Below are positions 50,705 to 60,146 of a stretch of DNA of 64,000 bases, one piece after another. The translations under genes were made by a program, and so were the position numbers. Position 1 is the stretch's first letter, and each line of letters starts with the position of its first letter. Below the pieces are notes generated by a model that did not search any database, was not told where the DNA came from, and worked only from the letters and a program-made list of their open reading frames with translations. Origin of the DNA: an uncultured Alphaproteobacteria bacterium (lineage in GTDB: Bacteria > Pseudomonadota > Alphaproteobacteria > HIMB59 > GCA-002718135); assembly GCA_902612825.1 (NCBI GenBank), contig CACMET010000007.1:2609-66608 (forward strand), read 5' to 3'.

Positions 50705-51538
50705 ATGAAAAAAATTTATAACTTTGCAGGAAATCTTAGTTATAGAAATTATACCATCAAAGATCTTTTTGATAATAAAGGTAAAAAAAAACTATCTCAA
50801 ATAAATGTAAAAAATGAAGAGGAGACTAACATTGCTCTTGATGCTAAAGTTGATTTATTAATTACAGGTCTTGCTGCGATTAAAAAAGTGAGATCAATTG
50901 CTAAAAATAATTTTATAACAGTAGCAATACCTTTCACTGAGTTTAAAACGAATGATGAAATTTTAAAGGCATCTTTAGAAGCTCTTAATAACGGTGCTGA
51001 TGCAATCTACACTGCACGATCTCCAAGAGTAGTTGAATATTTGGCAAAAGAGTCAATTCCAGTAATGGCACATTTAGGCTTGGTACCAAGAAAATCAATT
51101 TGGATTGGAGGACTAAGAGGAGTAGGAAAAACCACATCGGAGGCTTTAAAGTTATTTGAAGAATTTAAAACGATGGAAAATGCTGGAGCATTTGCAGTTG
51201 AAGCAGAGGTTATTGCAGATCAAACACTAAAATTTATTTCGGAAAATGTGAATTTAATAACAGTATCTTTAGGATCTGGAAACTACGGTGATGTAAATTA
51301 TTTGTTTATGGATGACATTTGTGGTGAGAATGAACAAATCCCTAGACATGCTTTTAGTTTGGCTAAAATTTATAAATTAAGAGACAAAATTTACAGAGAA
51401 AAAGTTAAAGCTGTGCATAAATTTAATAAAAAAGCCAAAACAACTAAATTTGTCACATCTCGAAATATAGTAAAGATTAATAATGCTGAGCTTCAAAAAT
51501 TTAAAAAAAAGGCCAAATTACTTAATAAATATAATTAA
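50705..51538 (+). CDS. Divergent PanB-like (ketopantoate hydroxymethyltransferase fold) protein
   Basis: IPVMAHLGLVP...GG.R.VGK, E.AGAFAVEAEV and VSLGSG motifs; canonical GDS motif absent. Confidence 0.75.
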   Translation: MKKIYNFAGNLSYRNYTIKDLFDNKGKKKLSQINVKNEEETNIALDAKVDLLITGLAAIKKVRSIAKNNFITVAIPFTEFKTNDEILKASLEALNNGADAIYTARSPRVVEYLAKESIPVMAHLGLVPRKSIWIGGLRGVGKTTSEALKLFEEFKTMENAGAFAVEAEVIADQTLKFISENVNLITVSLGSGNYGDVNYLFMDDICGENEQIPRHAFSLAKIYKLRDKIYREKVKAVHKFNKKAKTTKFVTSRNIVKINNAELQKFKKKAKLLNKYN

Positions 51539-51610
51539 ATATCCTTAAAAATTAGTATTTTAATTTAGTATTTTTTGTGATTAATTTTTCTTATTTTAGG
51601 AGGGTTAAGT

Positions 51611-52951
51611 ATGAAAAAAATACTATTTACTTTTATTTCTTCTATTTTGTTATTTTCTAATTCGGTTTTCAGTATGACACTATGGACTACTGAAACTCAA
51701 CCAGGAAGAATGCAAATTCAAGAAGAATTAATTGCAAGATTTACAGCAAAGACTGGAATTGAAGTTAAACTAGTTCCTCAGGAAGAAGATGAATTAATTG
51801 AAAAAGCTTCTGCTGCTTTTGCTGCTAACAGTTTACCTGATGTAATTTTTAACGCTGCATGCGTTAATTTTTGTGCTTGGGCTTATGATGAAGGAGTATT
51901 CGACTCAGATGCTGCAACAGAAATTGTTAATTCATTAGGAATTGATACATATAGTGCAAAAGGTGTATTAGCTATGTCAGAGGTCGAGCCAGGAGTATAT
52001 GCTTCTGTACCTTCAGGTGCATGGCCAAATGCTACTTACTATCGTATGAGCTATTACAATGATAATGGTTTAGCTACACCAACTAATTATGCAAATATTT
52101 TAGCTGGGGCTAAAGCTCTTCATAATCCACCAAATCGTTACGGAGCTATTGTTCCTACTGATGTTGCAGCTGGTTTTATGAGTCAATGGATGGAAACTTT
52201 TGCTATTGCTAATGGATTACACCCAGTAAAAGAAGATGGATCAATTAACTTTGATAAGAAAAAAACTATCGAAATGTTAGAAACTTATAAAGCTTTAGTT
52301 GAAATGTCACCTGAGGGTATCCATCACTGGCAAAATGGTAGAGACTTTTACGCAAGTGATGTTGTTCCATTAACTTTTTGGGCTTCTTATCTTTTAGATG
52401 ATATTGCAGGAACAAGAGACAATGTTCCAATTATGGTAGATGACAATCCACAATCTCTAGCATTAGCACAAGATACTAATGTTATAGTAGGTATGGCTGG
52501 TCCTTCTAATCCAGATGGTGGAACATGGGTTGAAGTTCACAACTTTGGTGTAACTGTTGATGCTAATACTGATGAAGCAGCAGCATTCATCGAATATGTT
52601 ATGAACGAAGAGTATGTTACTTGGTTAGGAATGGCTCCTGAAGGTAGTTTCCCTATTAGACCAGGACCAAGTGCTGGTTCAAAAATATTTATTGATGAAT
52701 GGGGTAATTTACCAATTGGAGTAGATAGAAAAATTCCAATAAACCAAATCTATTCAAATGAAATTATTGAATCACTAATTAACGGATTAGCTGTTGGTAC
52801 AAGATGGGGGGCTAAAGAAGGTCAACTTCCTGTCGCTGCTAAGTTAGTAAATAGTGGATTAATGAATAGGCTAATGATGGAATATATCAACGGCGATCGC
52901 TCTGCGGAAGATACTGTTGATATGCTAAATTCAGAAGCAGCAAAACTGTAA
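51611..52951 (+). CDS. Carbohydrate-type ABC solute-binding protein
   Basis: Signal peptide, LWTTE, TGIEV and LPDV motifs; GGAGG SD; followed by two permeases. Confidence 0.85.
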   Translation: MKKILFTFISSILLFSNSVFSMTLWTTETQPGRMQIQEELIARFTAKTGIEVKLVPQEEDELIEKASAAFAANSLPDVIFNAACVNFCAWAYDEGVFDSDAATEIVNSLGIDTYSAKGVLAMSEVEPGVYASVPSGAWPNATYYRMSYYNDNGLATPTNYANILAGAKALHNPPNRYGAIVPTDVAAGFMSQWMETFAIANGLHPVKEDGSINFDKKKTIEMLETYKALVEMSPEGIHHWQNGRDFYASDVVPLTFWASYLLDDIAGTRDNVPIMVDDNPQSLALAQDTNVIVGMAGPSNPDGGTWVEVHNFGVTVDANTDEAAAFIEYVMNEEYVTWLGMAPEGSFPIRPGPSAGSKIFIDEWGNLPIGVDRKIPINQIYSNEIIESLINGLAVGTRWGAKEGQLPVAAKLVNSGLMNRLMMEYINGDRSAEDTVDMLNSEAAKL

Positions 52952-52970
52952 TTTATATTAATTTATCTTA

Positions 52971-54245
52971 ATGGGCTCCAGTTCTTATAAAAAAAGAATG
53001 GGGCCCATTGAAAAACAAGGGGTAGTACAAGCTTATACAATGCTTGTCCCAACTGTGGCCATAGTTATGGCCATTGTATTATTTCCACTTATTGCTAATT
53101 TTTGGATAAGTTTTAAGGATGTTACTGTATCTGATTTAAGAATAGCTGAAATAAAAGTAACCGAAAAATTTCAAAAAAAACCAAAAACAAAAGGAGATAT
53201 TTCTAAAGTAGAGTATCGATTTAATAATTTTTCAAAAAGTTCAAATATAAAAAATGTAAACTTCAAAGATATTTTACCTAAAGGTTTAGTAATTAAAGAA
53301 CTACCTAATAACTGTTCTATCTCAGATAATATAATAAACTGTCAATTAGGTGATTTTAAACCAAAAGAAAAAAAGAAACTAAAATTTGAAACAATCGCAG
53401 AGAATGATTACTTTATTAGTCAGGAAAATCCAAAAGATACTTCACCAATTGTTAAAGGAAAATCAGAAAATAGATTATTAAACCTTGAATTAAAATTAAA
53501 AAATTTTGAAGAAATATTTACTTCACCAAACTTTTGGAAAACAATTAGAATAAGTTTTGCGTATTCTTTATTTTCTGCAATTGGATCGTTAACACTTGGT
53601 ATTTTAGCAGCACAACTACTGATGACCACCTTTATTGGCAGAGGCATTATACGTGGTATTTTTTTATTTCCATATATTGCACCAATTATAGCCGTTACTA
53701 TTACTTGGAAAATTTTAACTGATCCTTTTTTTGGAACAATCAATGGAATTCTTACGCAATTACAAATTTTAAATGAGCCTATTAGTTTCTTGCAAGTAAG
53801 AGATATGACAATTAATTTCATAGGTTTTGAATTTAGTTTCCCAGTTGCTTTATCATTTGTTATTTTATTTGAGTCTTGGAGATATTTTCCTTTAGCGATG
53901 ATTTTTATCTTAGCAAGATTACAGTCTGTTCCTAAAGAACTTTTTGAAGCTGCTGAAATTGATGGTGCTACACCTTTTCAAAAATTTAGAAGTATTACAT
54001 GGCCCTTAATTCTAGGAGTATTATTTGTTTTGTTTCTTCTTAGATTTATTTGGACATTTAATAAATTTGACGACATTTTTTTATTAACTGGAGGTGCCGC
54101 CGGAACTAAAACTTTAACTGTAGATGTTTATGAAACAGGTTTTAATATTGGTAATTTAGGAACTGGAGCGGCAAATGCAGTATTAGTTTTCTTAATATTA
54201 GTTTTCGCTGCAATATTTATAATAAGATTTTCACCGAAAGAATAA
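52971..54245 (+). CDS. MalF-type permease with an inserted Ig-like domain (start 52971 or 52998)
   Basis: EAAEIDGA and LRFIWTFNKFDD motifs; long hydrophilic insert after the first TM. Confidence 0.85.
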   Translation: MGSSSYKKRMGPIEKQGVVQAYTMLVPTVAIVMAIVLFPLIANFWISFKDVTVSDLRIAEIKVTEKFQKKPKTKGDISKVEYRFNNFSKSSNIKNVNFKDILPKGLVIKELPNNCSISDNIINCQLGDFKPKEKKKLKFETIAENDYFISQENPKDTSPIVKGKSENRLLNLELKLKNFEEIFTSPNFWKTIRISFAYSLFSAIGSLTLGILAAQLLMTTFIGRGIIRGIFLFPYIAPIIAVTITWKILTDPFFGTINGILTQLQILNEPISFLQVRDMTINFIGFEFSFPVALSFVILFESWRYFPLAMIFILARLQSVPKELFEAAEIDGATPFQKFRSITWPLILGVLFVLFLLRFIWTFNKFDDIFLLTGGAAGTKTLTVDVYETGFNIGNLGTGAANAVLVFLILVFAAIFIIRFSPKE

Positions 54246-54247
54246 GA

Positions 54248-55468
54248 ATGAGCAATAGTCAAAAAATTTTAATTTCTTTAATAATTAGTTCTTTTTGGGG
54301 GTTAATCAGTAATATTGTTTTAGGAGTATTTTTTATTCTTCTTATTGGAAGTACAATTCAATTTAATTATTTTTCTTATATTATTTCATCTTCAATAATC
54401 ACATTATTGATTGTTTTTTATGATAGAAAAAGCCTACAAATTTATATTAGTTTATTTATTTTAACTTTTATATTGATCTTAATTTTTACAGGCCTTTCTC
54501 CTTATGGTTTAAATATAAATGAAAATAGTTTTTTGCAGATATTATTTTTATTAATCCAATCATTTATAATATTAATAGGCAATATTATTTGTCTATCTGG
54601 AATCAATAAAATGTCTTTTAATAGATTATTTTTAGAAATTTTATTTATTAGGGTTTTAAAAGGTTTTGGTTTTACTTTCTTCTTAACAATTGTGTTATTT
54701 CCATTTTATGTAATGATTTTAATGAGCTTAAAAACTCATCAATTATTAATTCTTAATCCTCTTGATCTATCAATTGATATTACAAGAGGATTAAATATGT
54801 TTAGAAGTTATATTGAACTATTTACTGATTGGGGATTTGGTTATTACTTACTTAATTCATTAATAGTTTCTTTGTCTTCAATTTTTATTGCTTTAATTTT
54901 TGCAATACCGGGTGCTTATGCAGTTGCGAGATTTAATTTTCCAGGAAAATTATTAATGATTAACTCAATATTATTAATTTATTTAATCCCTATGATTACT
55001 TTGTTAATTCCTTTGTATTCATTTTTTACATTTATAAATTTAAGAGATTCTTTATTTGGACTTATAATTGTTTATCCTGCAGTTACTATTCCCGTAGCAA
55101 TTTATATGTTACAGGGATATTTTCAAACAATACCTCAAGAGCTGGAAGAAGCTGGTTTAGTTGATGGGTTATCAAGAACTGGGGTTATATTAAAAATTAC
55201 TTTACCTTTATCACTTCCAGCAATAGCTTCAGTTTCTCTATTTATTTTTATGGTAGCGTGGAATGAATATTTATTTGCATATATGTTTTTAGATACTCCA
55301 GCTATATTTACACTTCCAAGAGGTTTAGAACAATTAGATGGAACAGAGGTGCCAAGACAGCATTTGATGGCTGGTTCAGTTATTGCAACCGTACCTGTGA
55401 TAGCAGTTTTTTTATGGGCTGAAAGATACTTAACCGGAGGCTTAACTGCAGGAGGAATTAAAGGATAG
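54248..55468 (+). CDS. MalG-type permease with extra N-terminal TM segments
   Basis: ELEEAGLVDG, AWNEYLFA and GLTAGGIKG motifs. Confidence 0.85.
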   Translation: MSNSQKILISLIISSFWGLISNIVLGVFFILLIGSTIQFNYFSYIISSSIITLLIVFYDRKSLQIYISLFILTFILILIFTGLSPYGLNINENSFLQILFLLIQSFIILIGNIICLSGINKMSFNRLFLEILFIRVLKGFGFTFFLTIVLFPFYVMILMSLKTHQLLILNPLDLSIDITRGLNMFRSYIELFTDWGFGYYLLNSLIVSLSSIFIALIFAIPGAYAVARFNFPGKLLMINSILLIYLIPMITLLIPLYSFFTFINLRDSLFGLIIVYPAVTIPVAIYMLQGYFQTIPQELEEAGLVDGLSRTGVILKITLPLSLPAIASVSLFIFMVAWNEYLFAYMFLDTPAIFTLPRGLEQLDGTEVPRQHLMAGSVIATVPVIAVFLWAERYLTGGLTAGGIKG

Positions 55469-55471
55469 TAT

Positions 55472-56542
55472 TTAACTTAGATCTATCCATTCATTTTTTT
55501 CTGAACTTAAAAAACAACTATCTAAAATTTTTTGAATATCAGCACCTCTTTTGAAATCAGGTTGATCATTTTTACCAGAAATAATTGATGTTATAAATCT
55601 TTCATAGTTAGAGGGAGTAGGGTCAGTTTTTACAATTTCCCAATCCAAACTTTTTTCATCATTAGGAGAGGTGGCATTTATATCAGTGCATATTGAGTAG
55701 TAATTTCCCTGAGTTATAGGATCGTCAAATTTCATAGCTACTGCACCTTTGTCACAATATATGTTTAATTCTAATCTATTAACATTACCTGTTGCAAATC
55801 TAGTTGAATTTATTGTTCCTATAGCACCATTATCAAATTCTACCATTGAGATAAAAGAGTCATTAGCATCTAAAACGTATTCATCAATTTTCTCTCCTTT
55901 ATCTTTAAAGGTTTTAAGTCGACAATTTATTTTTTTAATATTACCAACTGGATACGATGCAAAATCAAATATATGAACACCAAGATCACCAAGAACTCCT
56001 TTACTGCCATGCTTTTCTGATAATCTCCATAACCATTTTTGTTCCTCTTTCCAATTACCCCAATACTTACATGTTAACCAAGATTGATAATAACTAGCAT
56101 CAACATGTCTGACTTTACCTAATTCATTATTATGCAAAACTTTACTTAAGTTTTGCCAACCAGAGGAATTTCTGTAACTCAGATTAACCATATTAATACA
56201 GTTTGTATTTGCTGATACTTTGTACATTTCCTCTGCATCTGGATAGTTTTCAGCTAAAGGTTTTTCTGAAAAAATGTGCTTATTTTTATTTAAAGATTTT
56301 AACGCAATTTCTTTGTGAAATGAATCAGGGGTTACATTGCTTATTGCATCAAGTTCACACTTATCAAGCATTTCATCAAAAGATGTGAACGTTTTATCAA
56401 TATTATATTCTTTAGCAAAATTTAAGACTCTTTCTTCTATGACATCACAAACTGCAACTATTTCTACATCTTTAATATTTTTAAATGCTGTTGCATGGGC
56501 ATTAGCCATCCCTCCAGTACCAACAATTCCTAACTTAATCAT
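55472..56542 (-). CDS. thuB: Gfo/Idh/MocA oxidoreductase, ThuB-like
   Basis: GTGGMA..H, SEKPLA, YYQSW and WLWRLS..HGS.GVLGD.GVH motifs; directly downstream of thuA. Confidence 0.7.
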   Translation of the reverse strand: MIKLGIVGTGGMANAHATAFKNIKDVEIVAVCDVIEERVLNFAKEYNIDKTFTSFDEMLDKCELDAISNVTPDSFHKEIALKSLNKNKHIFSEKPLAENYPDAEEMYKVSANTNCINMVNLSYRNSSGWQNLSKVLHNNELGKVRHVDASYYQSWLTCKYWGNWKEEQKWLWRLSEKHGSKGVLGDLGVHIFDFASYPVGNIKKINCRLKTFKDKGEKIDEYVLDANDSFISMVEFDNGAIGTINSTRFATGNVNRLELNIYCDKGAVAMKFDDPITQGNYYSICTDINATSPNDEKSLDWEIVKTDPTPSNYERFITSIISGKNDQPDFKRGADIQKILDSCFLSSEKNEWIDLS

Positions 56543-57325
56543 TTTTTATAATTATGATCTACTTGATAGCCTTTTACTTCAATTGGTTGAACAGGATCTT
56601 TTCTTTCCATGTTATCAATACCTTTTGCTATTCTGTCTATCCACAAACCAGATGTTTTTTCAGGACAAACCCAATGAATAGAATTTTTAATTACTCTTTG
56701 AACATCTTTATTATAATAAACAGGATAAGATTCATGTCCTGGTCTGAAATAAAATATTTTTCCATTTCCTCTTTTGTAACAAAGACCAGATCTAAATACC
56801 TCTCCGCCTTCAAACCAACTCACAAAAACTGTTTCATCTGGGGCAGGGACCTGAAAAGGCTCACCATACATTTCGGTCATCTCAATTTCAAAATATTCTC
56901 CTAAGCCCTCTGCAATAGGATGACCTGGGTTACAAACCCAAACTCTTTCCATTTCACCTCTTTCAGCCCATCTAATATTTGCAGTTGTACCCATCATTCG
57001 TTTGAAAATTTTAGAATGATGTCCTGAATGTAATACCAGAAGACCCATTCCTTCTAAAACTCTTTGCTGAACTCTATCGACAATTTTATCTTCAACCAAC
57101 TTATGAGCTTTATGACCCCACCAAATTAACACATCTGTTTTATCTAATAATTCTTCACTTAAGCCATGATCCTCTTCTTTTAATGTTGCAGTTTTAATAT
57201 TAAGACTTTTATCATCAGATAAAAAATTCTTTAATACAACCGTGAATTCCCTTTGGGTAAATTGATTTTACATGTTCATCCTCTTGTTCATGAACAAATT
57301 CATTCCAAATAACTACGTTTACCAT
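56539..57325 (-). pseudogene. thuA: Trehalose utilisation protein ThuA, interrupted by a +1 frameshift
   Basis: ATG 57325 reads MVNVVIWNEFVHE...[13 protein letters not shown] and then stops. Removing one A from the A6 run at 57221-57226 rejoins LSDD...[24 protein letters not shown] (261 aa). Confidence 0.8.
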
Positions 57326-57327
57326 TG

Positions 57328-58302
57328 CTACCTTACTCTCCCTCCGTGAAATCTGTGACCAAGAATTGCGAGTATAATAATCAATCCATTAAAAAATTGC
57401 CTCCATACCCCACTCATTCCCATTGCCACAACTCCAACTTCCATATATGCAATAACACCAACACCAAACACAGCTCCTATAATCGTTCCTACGCCTCCCC
57501 ATGTGGGAGTTCCTCCAATAAAGACAGCAGCTAGAGCAAGTAATAAGTAGCCAAATCCTTGTGTTGGCCACCAGGTAAAATTAATTAAACAGGAAAAAAT
57601 TCCTGCAAGTGCCGCACCTAAACCAACATACATGAACGCACTAATTCTTACCCAATTAACATTAATTCCCATTTGTGCAGCTGAGTCTGGATTATCTCCA
57701 ACATGATGAATATGGATTCCAAACACATGTTTCCTATAAAGATAATAGGAAAATATTGTAAATAACGCAGCCCAGTAAACTTGCATTGGAACCCCAAAAA
57801 GTTTCCCAACTAATACATCGTAGATCCAGTGATCAGAAATTTCCATAAAAGAAATTGATTTACTATCACTAGCAACAAACAAAAATCCTCTTATAAAAAA
57901 TAGTGCTCCAAGAGAAGCAACCAACGATGAAAGGCGTCCGTAAACAACTAAACATCCCATAAGTATTCCAACTACTGCACCAGATAATATTCCTATCAAA
58001 ATACATAATAATGGATCAAGTCCTGCCTTTAATAGAAGAGCAAAAATGTATGCTGACAATCCAAAAGTAGAGGCAAAAGACAAATCTATTTCTCCTGCAG
58101 TAACTAAAAAAACAAGAGGGATAACCATAAACATAATTACTGGAAGCATTACAAAAACAGATTGATGTAAATTTGGTCTCATCATTACTTCTGGAGCCCC
58201 AATTAGAAAAACCAACATTAAAATTATAAAGTAACCTAAACTTCCTAATGCTCTTCCATTTTTTCCAATTAAATTTTTAAATGTACTTTCTTTGGTGCTC
58301 AT
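57328..58302 (-). CDS. Ribose/monosaccharide-type ABC permease
   Basis: GEIDLS, GDN..SA..MGI and AAVFIGGT motifs. Confidence 0.87.
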   Translation of the reverse strand: MSTKESTFKNLIGKNGRALGSLGYFIILMLVFLIGAPEVMMRPNLHQSVFVMLPVIMFMVIPLVFLVTAGEIDLSFASTFGLSAYIFALLLKAGLDPLLCILIGILSGAVVGILMGCLVVYGRLSSLVASLGALFFIRGFLFVASDSKSISFMEISDHWIYDVLVGKLFGVPMQVYWAALFTIFSYYLYRKHVFGIHIHHVGDNPDSAAQMGINVNWVRISAFMYVGLGAALAGIFSCLINFTWWPTQGFGYLLLALAAVFIGGTPTWGGVGTIIGAVFGVGVIAYMEVGVVAMGMSGVWRQFFNGLIIILAILGHRFHGGRVR

Positions 58303-59048
58303 TAATGTTTACTCACTGCATCTTTCATAACTTTCATAAGTGCTTCAGGCCCCTCAATGTCATTTTTATTTAATTGATGAACGACTTCACCTCTGTCTAA
58401 AACAATAAATCTATCAGAGATATCATAGACATGATAAATATTGTGACCAATAAATAAAACTGATCTTCCAGATTTTTTTACATTATCTACAAAATCAAAA
58501 ACTTTTTGAGTTTCAATGAGTGAAAGGGCTGTAGTTGGCTCATCTAATACAATTAATTCTGCATTGTTATAAATGGCTCTTGCTATAGCTACTCCTTGTC
58601 TTTCACCACCTGATAAATTACCTACAGGTGATTCCGCATCTATTAATTTTGATGTAAAACCAATTTCTCTAATTAATTTGTTTGCTTCTCTTACTTGTTC
58701 TTTTTCCCTTATAAAACCAAATCTATGTTTTAATTCTTTACCCATAAAAATATTCCACACTATCGATTGTTGTGGACATAAAGCTCTGTCTTGAAAAACA
58801 GTTTCTATTCCAGCCTCTCTGGCTTTTGAGGCATTCCAATTTTTAACTTCATTTCCTCTAATTATAATTTGACCATCGTCAGGAGCATGAACACCAACTA
58901 ACGTTTTAATTAAGGTAGATTTACCAGCTCCATTATCTCCAATAAGTCCAACAACTTCTCCAACATCAACTTTTATTGATGCTTTTTTTAATGCTGTGAT
59001 TCCGCCAAAACTTTTGGAAACATTTTTAAGTTCTATTATTGCACTCAT
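58302..59048 (-). CDS. Single-domain monosaccharide ABC ATPase
   Basis: GDNGAGKST, LSGGERQ and LDEPT motifs. Confidence 0.88.
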   Translation of the reverse strand: MSAIIELKNVSKSFGGITALKKASIKVDVGEVVGLIGDNGAGKSTLIKTLVGVHAPDDGQIIIRGNEVKNWNASKAREAGIETVFQDRALCPQQSIVWNIFMGKELKHRFGFIREKEQVREANKLIREIGFTSKLIDAESPVGNLSGGERQGVAIARAIYNNAELIVLDEPTTALSLIETQKVFDFVDNVKKSGRSVLFIGHNIYHVYDISDRFIVLDRGEVVHQLNKNDIEGPEALMKVMKDAVSKH

Positions 59049-59054
59049 ATATGT

Positions 59055-59081
59055 AGCTGATCTACTTACAGTAGATCAGCT
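59055..59081 (-). terminator. Stem-loop after the SBP gene
   Basis: AGCTGATCTACT-tac-AGTAGATCAGCT perfect inverted repeat with no U-tract. Confidence 0.55.
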
Positions 59082-59094
59082 CTGTTTGATATAT

Positions 59095-60084
59095 TTATCT
59101 TAAACCTGCGTTAGCAAGTTCCATAACAGATTTATAATTTTCAGTATGTACAAATCCTGCACCAGTATCTTGATTTAATGCTCCAGTTCCAAGAACTTTC
59201 ATTTGACATAAAGCAAGTACAGGTAGGTAGCCTTGTAAGAATGGTTGCTGATCAGAAGTTAAATGAACATAACCATTTTCAAAAGCCGTCATGATTTGTG
59301 GACTAGTATCAAAGCCGATTTGCAATAATTCTCCTGGACCATATCCAGCAGCTTTAGCATATGCCTCAGCATTTCCTAGTTTTTGACCACCATCATGTAC
59401 AATAATTTTTGTATCAGGATTTGCAGCTAGTGCAGCTGAAAACACAGGGATTGCAAGATTTGGATCAGTTGCTTGTTCTGGAGTACCATCTAGAACTACA
59501 ACATTCATTCCATGTTCTTCAAAAATTATTCTAGCACCATCTTCTCTTTGTGCTCTTGAATAATCTCCAATTGGAACCATTACAATAGCAGTATCACCAG
59601 CTTTAAGATCAAATCTTCTAATCGCTTCTCTTGCCAATTCTTTACCTTGAGTTGCAAGATTTGCACCAACGTATCCACCTCCAAAAGCAGCTCTTACTGC
59701 AGGAACATCAACGTTTTGATACATCATTAAGATACCAGCTTCACTAGCCATTTTAGCTAGTGGCATAATTGCATCATCACCCGGGTGACCCATCATACCA
59801 ATACCATCAACTCCTGCACCAATAGCTTCTCTTAGTTGTTGTATCATTCTGTCTGACTGCCATTCTGAATAAAGAATTTCTGCATCAGCACCAGTATCTC
59901 TAATAGCATTTTCAGCACCAGTTTGAACTATTCCAGCAAAACCATCACCTTCAGCTCCACCAGCAAAGAAGTGAATTCTTACATCACTACACCATCCATC
60001 ACCTAAGTTTTTATCAATAGCATAAACTGAACCACTGAAAGAAAAAACGAAGAGTGTTGATAATAAAATTTTTAATATTTTCAT
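59095..60084 (-). CDS. RbsB/LacI-fold sugar solute-binding protein
   Basis: Signal peptide, YVGAN, GFD.S and DQQPFLQGYLP motifs; GGAGGA SD. Confidence 0.85.
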   Translation of the reverse strand: MKILKILLSTLFVFSFSGSVYAIDKNLGDGWCSDVRIHFFAGGAEGDGFAGIVQTGAENAIRDTGADAEILYSEWQSDRMIQQLREAIGAGVDGIGMMGHPGDDAIMPLAKMASEAGILMMYQNVDVPAVRAAFGGGYVGANLATQGKELAREAIRRFDLKAGDTAIVMVPIGDYSRAQREDGARIIFEEHGMNVVVLDGTPEQATDPNLAIPVFSAALAANPDTKIIVHDGGQKLGNAEAYAKAAGYGPGELLQIGFDTSPQIMTAFENGYVHLTSDQQPFLQGYLPVLALCQMKVLGTGALNQDTGAGFVHTENYKSVMELANAGLR

Positions 60085-60116
60085 TATTCCTCCCTTGAAT
60101 AAATATAATGTAAATG

Positions 60117-60145
60117 AACTTAAAAAATTAAATTAGTAATGTCAA
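60117..60145 (-). promoter_or_regulatory. Putative sigma70 promoter for the SBP operon
   Basis: Minus strand reads TTGACA-17 nt-TAAGTT, about 30 nt upstream of the SBP start. Confidence 0.5.
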
Positions 60146-60146
60146 C

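Noticed and set aside
50705-51538. Canonical panB
   Set aside because: The Mg-binding residues are absent and no panC is adjacent.
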